Shown here in pieces: positions 1-9,664 of a stretch of 46,590 nt of DNA. Position numbers and translations under genes: made by a program. The notes under the pieces are model-generated. The model did not search any database and was not told where the DNA came from. It worked only from the letters and a program-made list of their open reading frames with translations. Source of the DNA: Vermamoeba vermiformis (lineage: Eukaryota); contig JBEWZL010000197.1 of NCBI GenBank assembly GCA_045837725.1, positions 1 through 46,590 on the forward strand. Direction: 5' to 3'. The number at the start of each line of letters is the position of its first letter. The first letter of the stretch is position 1.

Positions 1-29
1 TTAACAATGTCTAACTATTTTTGTTTTAG

Positions 30-1101
30 GAAGTTATTATTGCTGGCGGTGCGTTTGGAACTCCTCAGTTGCTTCAAGTCAGCGGTGTTGGCGACAAAAA
101 TGATTTGGATCCGCTCGGAATTAAAGTTGTGGCTCACAACCCTCATGTCGGTAAGTATTATAATACTTCATTATAGAGACTGTCAGTAACATCAATATAT
201 GTAGGCAAGCACTTATGGGAGCATTTTTCAGCTCGACTTTTGTTCAACACATCCGTTCGATTCCCGTTCACTTCCAAAGCTGACTTTGACAAATTTGGTC
301 AAACAAATCCGACCCTTGAACTCGTCAACGGAGCTTATCCGTAAGTAGTATAGACATAATATATAAAGACATTATAGTCCTAATATTTTTGGCTCGCAGA
401 GTGAGTGCGCACTTGGCATCCGGTTTCAACGCGCCAGGCATTACAGACATGCAAATTTATCTCTGGGAAGGTCAATACGCACTATATGACATACAACCTA
501 TTATGGGCAATCCATCGACTATATTCTCGGGTATTCCCGGTGCTTCATTTTTGCTCGTCAATTTGTTCCCTGAGGCCAGAGAAGGCTCCGTGACGATAAC
601 TTCACCAAGCATTTTCCACAAGTAATATTCTCATAATTAATATGTATTATATTAATATATCTTATAGGCCTCTTATTGATTATAACGTCACTAAGTTGAG
701 TGACACGGATCGCGCTGTCATGAAAAAACTTTTGACGAAGATGATCGATCTCATCACAAACACGCCATTCGGTCAAAAATACAATCTCGGCATTGTATCT
801 CCCGCGGCAGGTCAAGATCTCGACGAGTACATTGAAAAAGATCTCGGAGTCGGATGGCATCCAACTGGCACATGTCGTGTTGGTGATTGTACTGACAGCG
901 AGTTAGTCGTTCGAGGAACTGCAAATGTTCGCGTGGTTGATGCATCAGCCTTCGCTACACAAAGTAAGCCTTTACCAAATTTGGAAACAAATCCGGATCT
1001 AACCAAATTTTTTTTCAGTCGATGCTAACACGGTCTATTTGACTTTTGCAATGGCGGAAAAACTTTCTGACATGATCAAAGCTGATTGGAGCAAAAAATA
1101 A
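30..1101 (+). CDS. GMC (glucose-methanol-choline) oxidoreductase, C-terminal part; 5' exons lie left of the window
   Basis: Exons 30-150, 205-340, 400-621, 668-963 and 1019-1101 are joined by GT-AG introns. They give EVIIAGGAFGTPQLLQVSGVG, NPHVGKHLWEH, WHPTGTCRVG, LVVRGTANVRVVDASAF and DANTVYLTFAMAEKLSDMI, all GMC motifs with a His/Asn catalytic pair. Confidence 0.93.
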
Positions 1102-1168
1102 GAGGTTTATGTATAAACAGATTTCAGAATTATTAACAAACGATTCTTCTCGCGAGATCTCGTTTTAA

Positions 1169-1743
1169 TTAGCTTTGAATTCCTTTCAAAGCATCCTCGA
1201 CGATAGCAACAAGGGATTGATCGACTTCGTCAGCTACGGAGACAAGCTCGGGCGATGCTTTGTCGCCCATGTACTGCGGCAAAATAGTAGATGGAAGGGT
1301 AAATCCGACTTTAGTCGTGCCTTTATCCGAGTAAACCTGTTAAAATTAATTTGATTAGCGATATAGGCAATCGAAGATTCAGTAATTAGCTTAAAAAGGC
1401 CGTACTACAAGGAAAATTTTTTTGGGATGGAGGTGATCGAAAAGAAAAACTTAGTACCATTTGTATTACTTACGGAAATTCTGCATGGCAAGGCTAAGCT
1501 CACGTTCATATTTTCTTTCAGCACTTTCGCTGCCTGGCTCGGGTTGCACACTTCGATGATCCTGCAATCCTGATCGAAAGGAACTCCTTTCTCGTTCATT
1601 TTAGCCTTCAAATCGAACGTAGTCAGTACTCCAAATTTGTGCTTGAGAGACGACTCTTGGAGGGCCTTGGCTGTCTCCTCGCAGGATTTGGGGCTCGTCC
1701 AAAATTTGTGCGACAGAGTAGCTCCGGAAGTAGATGTGCTCAT
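1169..1743 (-). CDS. DUF302 (TT1751-like) domain protein
   Basis: ATG at 1743 and one intron (1473-1337). Protein contains FGVLTTFDLKAKMNEKG, IIEVCNPSQAAKVL and SLALPCRISVYSDKG, the DUF302 signature (CNP...LPCRI.VY). Confidence 0.85.
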
Positions 1744-1844
1744 TTGATGTAGTCTTCTTACAAATGTTCTAATCATAAGAGGCGTGATATAAAATGAATA
1801 CAAAAGCCTCAAAATTTTGCTTTTATTCATGAAAATGAATCGGC

Positions 1845-1852
1845 CACGTGAC
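1845..1852. promoter_or_regulatory. CACGTGAC E-box about 100 bp upstream of DUF302; same motif at 7494-7501, 45512-45519 and 45539-45546
   Basis: Exact GTCACGTG/CACGTGAC 8-mers lie about 80-140 bp upstream of three start codons. Function is inferred. Confidence 0.4.
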
Positions 1853-2110
1853 ATCCGGAGTTCAGGAGTTTCATCGAATGTTCTAGATATTTCATGAGAA
1901 AAATCAATCTGTCCCAGTAATCAATCTACATATTGAAAGCATTATTATCGATTAGAAAAATTTTAGCTAAGACGATCTGGATTTCAGCCGTAGATTGAAT
2001 CGCTGGATCTCATCAGAATGCCAAATAATACCAATCTTACGCGTAGCTTAGTACAGCATTAACAAATGACTAGAGTTTAATTCGTACTGTACATCGGTTT
2101 AGAGGCGCAT

Positions 2111-3721
2111 CTAAGCAAACCAAACAGCATACGGAAGTTTTTGGGCAATGTCCGGTGAATGTTTTGGAGACCAGTGCTGTCCACTTGGCATGGACATTCC
2201 AACAGTCTGCAAACGTGTCAAAAGTGTCAAAGTATCAGGTTGAACAACTTTAGATCTGTTCCACACGAAGAGCTCTGTGAGCTTTTGCAGAGCTGTCAAT
2301 GCCACGAGTTGCTCGTTCGATGAGAGATTTAATGTTAATTTGCGGAGTTTTCGCAATTTGGTCACCTGATCGATCGGTGCGATGGTACTGTGCGATATAT
2401 GCAAGGACGTTAGCTTTGTCAGATTTGATAGGAATGTATAGCCTTGCGCTGCTTCTATATGTAGATTTCGCAATTTGGTTAAATTAGGCAAAGGCCGAAT
2501 AGAATTCTCTGGGTCGATCTGTAACGAGGTCAGATTCGTCAAATTGTTGAGATCCAGTTGTTCGTCTTCGTCAGTATAAGTCAACTCTAAATGCTGTAAT
2601 GAGGTTAAGCTAGTAACCCAGTGCATATTGACACGACAATAATCCGCTGAAACAACGAGTTTCGTCAGCTTTGATAAATTTGATAAACTTTCTAGATCTG
2701 GCTCGTATTCCGTGCAAATGTTTAACCGCTGCAAATTGGTGAATAGCGTTATTCTATTATGAACTTCGTTGGCGCAAATTTCAAAAGTCAAGCGTGTCAA
2801 AGTGTCAGGATTTAGATAGTTCAAAAATTCTCCGTTGCGGCTAGTGTCTGGATTGTAAGTGAACCATCGAAAAGAATTCAACTGCTTCATATTCTCCAAG
2901 ATTGATAATGAGTTTTCCGGGAAACGAGTGGCGGATCCCAAAGTCAAATCTCGCAGATTCGTTGCTGACTGGATCGGACTTCCAGTTCGTAATTCAGCAA
3001 CCGCCAATTTAGTCAACTTTTCGCATCTTTCAATATCACTGATATCTTCTACTCGAAGGTCTTCTAAGTTTTGAAATGGAACGTCTTTGAATTGCTTGAT
3101 CCTCGGTAGATGCAGCACTCGAAGATTTTTTACAAAGTCATGATCACCAAATTGATTGCTTTTATATCTAAATTCTGACAATTTTGGTATTGTTGGATAT
3201 ACTGTACTATCAGAATCATTGTGGTTAAGAGAAAAATATTCTAGATTCGGCAAACTGTTTGGATTCGTAAATATCACGTTTGAAACTTCTAAATGCGTCA
3301 AATATGGTAATATTACTGATCCAATGCTGACATTAATATCTGGTATTACTAGGCGCTGTAGATTGGTGAGTTGGTCGAGTTTAATCATGCCAGATTCATT
3401 CGCGGCGATCCAAGGTTTTTGAAGGAGCGAGATTTCTAGAGAAATCATATGTGTTAAGTTGTAAAATAGCTCATTATAATCTTCGTATTTAAATTTGTCC
3501 GCTTTGCGAATTTTTAAGCTGAATAATTGAGCGCATCTGCTAAAAGTTTCTCGGATCGACTGAATTTCGTGTCGTAATGGCATATCAATATCAAAATACA
3601 CTATGCCAGAATATTGCAGCCATTTTTTGCATACTGCCCGTGCTATTCGTCTTTTTTTATGCGATTTTAAGAACGACAGGGTTAACTCGATCAGCTCCTC
3701 TGGAAAATCATTCAAAGACAT
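2111..3721 (-). CDS. F-box + leucine-rich repeat protein (536 aa, intronless)
   Basis: N-terminal F-box LNDFPEELIELTLSFL...ARAVCKKW, followed by many LxxLTxLxxL repeats. Confidence 0.88.
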   Translation of the reverse strand: MSLNDFPEELIELTLSFLKSHKKRRIARAVCKKWLQYSGIVYFDIDMPLRHEIQSIRETFSRCAQLFSLKIRKADKFKYEDYNELFYNLTHMISLEISLLQKPWIAANESGMIKLDQLTNLQRLVIPDINVSIGSVILPYLTHLEVSNVIFTNPNSLPNLEYFSLNHNDSDSTVYPTIPKLSEFRYKSNQFGDHDFVKNLRVLHLPRIKQFKDVPFQNLEDLRVEDISDIERCEKLTKLAVAELRTGSPIQSATNLRDLTLGSATRFPENSLSILENMKQLNSFRWFTYNPDTSRNGEFLNYLNPDTLTRLTFEICANEVHNRITLFTNLQRLNICTEYEPDLESLSNLSKLTKLVVSADYCRVNMHWVTSLTSLQHLELTYTDEDEQLDLNNLTNLTSLQIDPENSIRPLPNLTKLRNLHIEAAQGYTFLSNLTKLTSLHISHSTIAPIDQVTKLRKLRKLTLNLSSNEQLVALTALQKLTELFVWNRSKVVQPDTLTLLTRLQTVGMSMPSGQHWSPKHSPDIAQKLPYAVWFA

Positions 3722-4575
3722 CTGGATATTTTTATAATGTATTAATATAATTTTTGTAATATTTATTGTAATACTTATTTATAGAGTGCTCGAAATACCT
3801 TAATCCGGAAATGAAAAGCTGCCGACCGGCAGAAGTATTCACAAATACGTAGGTATTTTATTCTCTACGTATGTGTAGTTGTGGTTGATTTCGCGATAAT
3901 CGGATTACTATTAGACAGAAAATTTTGCACGTTAAGAAGTCAAGAAATCGACACGACAACAATAGTATGAAAAAAATATAACTGCAATATTGCCACGCCC
4001 CAGTTTATGCACTAAGTACAACGGTGGAGTATCAAATAGGGTGGAATCTTACGTGACAAGCTGCTTGAATGCAATGTTGGATCAGGTCGCTATAGAGTAG
4101 TATCAGCATTTCTTAATGATTTCGCAATTAAATATGATTCGCCTAACGCCTTTTAGTGCGACAGTTTTACAGTTTCGTTTTTTCGAAGTTTGTAATGCGT
4201 ATCAATGCGTATAAAAATTGCCTTTTTAGGGATCAACATTCATACATTCATACTTTAATCAAAATTACAGCGGGTCATCGAAGCATTGTATCACGAAAAG
4301 GCGAGTGATAGTGCAATAGCGCAGACATTCGATAATAAGGTTTTTAATTTGTAATTACAGTGAAAATCGAAGTTTACCGTTTCCTTAACTCCACGCGCGA
4401 ATTATGTTCGCGCTAGGCGATACATCGCCTAAACCGATAATCAAACGAGTTGACTAACAAACGCTCTTTCATTTACGCGATTTGTAATAAAGCTGACTTT
4501 ATTGATCATAAGAAGAGACTTCTTTAAAAGGAATTAAAATTACTACTGTCGTAGGATGGGTTGTCCATGATCAGA

Positions 4576-5144
4576 TTAAAGCATATCAATCAACTTGAAT
4601 TGGGTCGCATCAGCCATGTTCGCGCCGGGGGCTTTAACGTTGAAGGAGAAAACTAAGGCTCCGTCTTCAATAGCAATCCTGCCCAAAGGAAAAAAATTAG
4701 AGAAAAGTTCGAGAATCACCCTGTAGCGCCGTCATTCTTGTGGAATTTGGTGGCAGAGCCCTTAACAGGGGCGATGTCCTCAAAAACTCCCTTGAAGATG
4801 AGTTTCTTGGCGGTCATCTTCTCTTGCAAACCTTCCTTCACCATGGAATCACCCTTGATAGTGTTCTTGAAGAGCTCGTTGACGGCGTTAGGAAGAGCGT
4901 TGTAGAGCAGATCTCCGAGAGAGTTTTGACGACCCTTCTCAAGGACGGGGCTATCGTTGACCTCCTTGATGTTGGCAACTTCGATGGTGAACGCAATGCC
5001 TATTGGTTGCTTTGTTAGAGCTTTGACCGGTCAGATGAATGGATGGTACTTACCAGTAGTAGCCTCGATGTTCTTCAAGTGAGCGTCACGCTTGGGCTCG
5101 TGATCCTTCAAGTTCTTGCGGAGAGTCAATGGTAAATCAGACAT
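4576..5144 (-). CDS. small hypothetical protein (MSDLPLTLRKNLKDHEPKRDAHLKNIEATTG...), 3 exons
   Basis: ATG at 5144, introns at about 5053-5001 and 4719-4679, stop at 4576. Strong AAG/GAG/AAC/TTC/GCC codon bias suggests high expression. Confidence 0.75.
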
Positions 5145-5292
5145 AGTGGTGTTGGTTTGTTCGATGTAGAAAGTGGAAGAACCAGGCTCAGCGAAAGTTA
5201 GCCGTTTTCTGGATCGGGTACAAAATTTTTCTTGTGGGACAATTAATTGTCCACGTTAAAGATATTTATCTTTTGCGCGAAGATATATACTG

Positions 5293-5376
5293 GACCAATA
5301 GGAAACGAGAATTCTAGTTTCCTAACACGGCGACTAATTTCGGCGAATTTCGGCTTTTCGAGCGATCCTATTGGTC
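5293..5376. promoter_or_regulatory. inverted pair of CCAAT boxes upstream of the 4576-5144 gene
   Basis: GACCAATAGGA (5293-5303) and its exact reverse complement TCCTATTGGTC (5366-5376). Confidence 0.45.
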
Positions 5377-5735
5377 AGATAAAAATAGATGGACCGAACA
5401 ACGATGCTATTCGAATGCTCTGTTAGGGGCTGTTTCCCTAAGGAATGCGGTTACAGTTTCAACTTATTTGTACCAAACGTACACAAAAAAGTTCGATCAA
5501 TCCTAGTAATTTAAATATTAGACTTTGCAATGCGGCATCTTGATCGAGTAAATAATTAAGTATTATATATTTGGTAGAAAATCTTTGGTGATGCGATTAA
5601 CAATATCCTGAATAGGCTATGAGCACGTATTAGTTATCATTTAAAATTTTAAGTTGAAGGATGTTATAGTAAGAGTATCAATGGAGATGCTGTATTGTAT
5701 CTTGCGATATAAATTACATAAGTACGTTACTATTA

Positions 5736-7416
5736 TTATTCCAGGTCCGATGCAAATTTTGCGATAGAAGGATCGAAGGTTGCAGATCTGCCAGCGACCA
5801 AGTCAGTAATACGACCAGGTGTTTGATCGTCTAAGGGCAAGTAGAAATATAGATCATCTTCATTGCCAGTCAGTTTTGATTTCATAGACTCTTGGATCTC
5901 GTCTTGCGATCTCGCCCTCTTCCAGATTCGGAAATGAGCTAGATCTCCCAAATGCGTGCCTCCCAAGACGAAATTCTTGCAGGGCGAGGACTCATCTGAT
6001 CGATCTTGTTCAATAGCGCAATGTCCGTTGAAGTAAATACGAGCTTTTGAGCCTGTAGATCCCTCACTCACAAATGCAACGTGGATCCATTTTTTGTAAA
6101 AACTGGGCTCTTTTTGCACGTGAATACGACCGTCATTAGACCAGTCGGTATTAACACCACCTAATAAACAAAATATCCTGTCAGCAAGCGTGAGATCCGT
6201 CAGATCTAAGGCGATACAAAAAAATGTTATCGTTGTATTGCAACGATTTGCCAATAAAATTCAATTAATTTTTTAATTACATTAAACTAATAATTTGTCA
6301 CAGTTAAAAAAGCATAGAAGTTTCGGTAGAAAAATATTTTGCCGCGGACTGGCTAATTACACTTTGCCTTCAAGTACTCAATATATAAGCATATTATACT
6401 ATTCCTGGTGTTATTAAAGCATTGTATATTCATTTAAAGTTATATAATTTAACCCAATATCACCAAAATTGAGTTTTACGTACCGTAATCAAAGTAAGTG
6501 TTAGCATCAGGCCACGGCGTGTGATTCAAAAATCGATGCTGATGATAGGCCGCATCAGTGCCCTCATCATGAATAAAGTCATTGAACATGAACAGCGTGG
6601 CTTGAACGAAGTCCTTGGTACATCTGTGCCAGTACTCCACTGTCACTGGTCCTCCGCGCCATTCCAAATCGGGGAACGGAATTCCACCGGTACCGAACAA
6701 TCTCAAGTAGCGATCTCCCGTGGGAAGTGCCACGCCCAAAAATTCAGTAAGCTAAAAATAGAAAATTAATTTCTCGCTACATCCAAACCAAGACTAAAAA
6801 TAAAATTGCTTGATGCAGCTAAAAATATATCTTGACTATTATCATTGGAAAATTGACCTGTTTTGGCAATAAAATTTGTATTTGTAACGGAATTCTGGAT
6901 TCGTACCTTTTGAACCATCGGTTCAACGGAGAAGTATTGAGCTTCCAACAGCATTTCCAAAGCCTTCTCGCGATCGTTTTCATTAGGCATGACTATTTGC
7001 CCGGTTCTAAAGAAGTTCAAGATCTTTCTGAAGTGTTTTGGATCTCGATCGAAGCTGTACTGGCCGTTGGAGTCAGGCTCCGCCATAAATTGACCACCGA
7101 ACATTCCAGTAAACATGTTCGGAGTAATAGAGCCTATAAAAAGTCTCAGTACGGATCGGAGTCGAAATTTACAGTCTTTATCACAAAATTAAATTCAAAA
7201 AAAAATTGGCTTAGAAATTCGAAATGCTCTAATTATTTGATCGAAAATAAAATAATATTTGGTGCAAATTTAATTAAAATTAAATTAAATTGGATGTAAA
7301 CGATTAATCGCTAATAAAGACTTACTGGTCAAAGTCGACTTTCTCGTGCGAAAGAGTTCTCCGCCAACGTTCAAAGTGATCCAAGGATCGAAGTTTGGTG
7401 AGGGCTTGCTATCCAT
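5736..7416 (-). CDS. KCTD-type BTB/POZ domain + C-terminal LamG/concanavalin A-like domain protein, 4 exons
   Basis: BTB motifs WITLNVGGELFRTRKSTLT, MFTGMFGG and FDRDPKHFRKILNFFRTG. LamG motifs VTVEYW, KWIHVAFV, ARIYFNG and FRIWKRARSQDEIQESMKSKLTGNEDDLYFYLPLDD. Confidence 0.85.
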
Positions 7417-7640
7417 CTTTCGTTGCGTTCAATGCTAAAAAATAATCTTTGTTAACGAACGAGGCAAAAATTTCTTGTTGATCAGTACAAACGCACGTGA
7501 CCTAGGTAGGTAGAGCTAACACTGCTTGAATTTTGCCTATCTCTCTATGGCTCAGTTACTTAACGGAAATAGAATTTAGTCAGAATGTACTGGCTTTAGA
7601 AAATTCAAGAGCAAGAATTTATTTTATTATTATGCATCGC

Positions 7641-9407
7641 TTACTTTCTTAACTTAACGTCGATAATAAAAGCTACTTGATCGTCAATAAGTCCCTTCAA
7701 AGTCTCGTCAACTGAATGAGCGGCACATTTAGAGCGGATGTCGTCACCCTCACGTTTCGGAACGTAGATGCGTCTAATGCCGCCATCGAACATGCCCTCA
7801 GCACCCATTTCTAGAGCTCTGAATGTATTCATGAAACCTAAGCGCACTTCTTCGTTTTGTTTTCCGAGAACAACGTCGCCATGTACTGTGGAGACCACGT
7901 AATCGAGTTTAACCTGAAAAAAAAAAAAAATTAGCTAATAAGGTACAATATGATAGTAAAATATATAATCATTGATCAAGGATGACTGTGGATCCGCAGA
8001 AATTTTTGAGCGAGTTTTTGAACTGTCATTTAATTTCATTTTAAAGCTATTGTAAGGAAGAGTTACTTGTCTCTACGCACAATTTGACCTAATTTGGGTG
8101 GTTTTCCGTCGCCAACTTTCAATTCATCGATCAAAAAGTCATTTTTTCTCTTCTTCGAGATCACGGGCCGCGAGATCTTGGCCAACTCCGGAATAATCTC
8201 CGATGGCTTAGCAGATGGCTTAGGTGACTCAGTAGCCGCTTGTTTAGACGGGGTCTTATTGTCTCCGTTGCTATTTTTAGCTGCTGGTGATTGCTCGGGA
8301 TTTTTTTTCTTTTCGTTAGTTTTCGGTGTATTATTGGTAGAAACATTCTTTTGGTTCTGTTGTGGTGTTGCAGGCTTCTTTTCATTTGCAGATTTTGGTG
8401 TGTTAGTATTGCTCTTATTTTCAGCACCGTTCTTTTGTTGATTTTTCTCGGCCGATTTTGGAGTGTTTTGTTGGGTCGCTTTTTTATCGTTATTTTTGTT
8501 CGTAGGTGTTTGAGGGGCTTGTGCTGCTGTCTTAGTAATGGTATTATTGCCGTTGGTATTATTTGTCTTTTGTTTCTTGGCTGGTGGCTCAGAATCTGAA
8601 TCCGAATCTGCATCTTGTTGACCAGGAACGACTTTACTCTTCTCCATAACTCTCTTACGCTTCTTCAACTCGCCCTTAATAATAGCATTGATTTCATCGT
8701 CATTAAGGTTATTTTCCTCTTCATCACTTTCTTCCTCATCTTCTTCGTCAGATCCGCCCAAATAATATAGATCTCGATCCAGGCCTTCAAGCTCTTCGTC
8801 ATTTGACGATAAATCGACTGATTCTACTTCACTGTCACTGCCTGCAAAGCACAAATATTGCTGCTTCGTGCCAAGAATGTGGACTTTGCTCGAGCCTTCA
8901 TGAAAGAAAGTGACTTCTTTGTCCGCCTCCAAAAGGACTTTAACACTGATAATAATTAAATAAATATTATTAATAAAATCACAGAAGATGTTGCTAATGA
9001 CGTGTTGCACGCAAAAAAAAGGGCGTACCTCATTGCAGGAGTTCTCTCGTTCAAAATGCAGACATTGAAGGCTTGACCGTCAACAATGATCTTAATAATA
9101 TGTTGTTTGGCACCAACAGGGTTAACTAACGCAATCTAAAAGTGGAGCGTTAATTAATTTCTCGATCGAGATCGTAAAATCGCGCAGATAATTTTAAAAA
9201 TAATTCAATGGTTATAATAGGGGTACAAAATGATAAGGTGCTATATTTAAATTTATCAGTGAAACATAGCTTATAATTTAATGGTTAAAAATAATCGATC
9301 ACGATCTGAAAATAGTTCAAAGCGATGCTTACGTTAGTAACCATTACTGGTGTGCCAGGAGTCTGTGAGTACAGTTTTTTAGGCTCTAATTCGATGCTCC
9401 ACGACAT
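7641..9407 (-). CDS. nucleoplasmin-like (NPL) FKBP histone chaperone, Fpr3/Fpr4/FKBP53 type
   Basis: NPL N-terminus (MSWSIELEPKKLYSQTP...VTFFHEGSSKVHILG), acidic tract, K/N/T-rich basic linker, and a C-terminal FKBP-like domain (IDELKVGDGKPPKLGQIVKLDY...EGMFDGGIRRIYVP...FIIDVKL); 4 exons. Confidence 0.82.
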
Positions 9408-9664
9408 TGTGTTGTTTACAATCAAACGATAATGAGAAAATAGTATTTTTTTATTGACCGTTACACGACACCACATTAGTTAGCCATTACTAAAATCGCG
9501 CTATTTATGTGCAGTGATACAGTAGTCCTATTATCAGCTGCCTTAGCGTTAACAATATTATTTGAATTTCGTAGAAATGATCCAAATCTGGCCGCGAGCT
9601 CGTTCTGGTCAAATAAAAAATTGCCGCCCAATTATAATTAACACAGACTACTAAAATACCACAA

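Noticed and set aside
3960-4120. Short exon-like GC-richer stretch in intergenic DNA
   Set aside because: No ATG-led ORF, splice context or recognisable RNA motif.
4740-5018. + strand 92-aa ORF
   Set aside because: Antisense shadow of the codon-biased minus-strand gene 4576-5144.
7917-7930. Poly-A run
   Set aside because: Polypyrimidine tract of a minus-strand intron acceptor, not a retroelement tail.
8094-8613. Overlapping ORFs within the FKBP linker
   Set aside because: Alternative-frame and antisense products of low-complexity K/N/T/P coding sequence.
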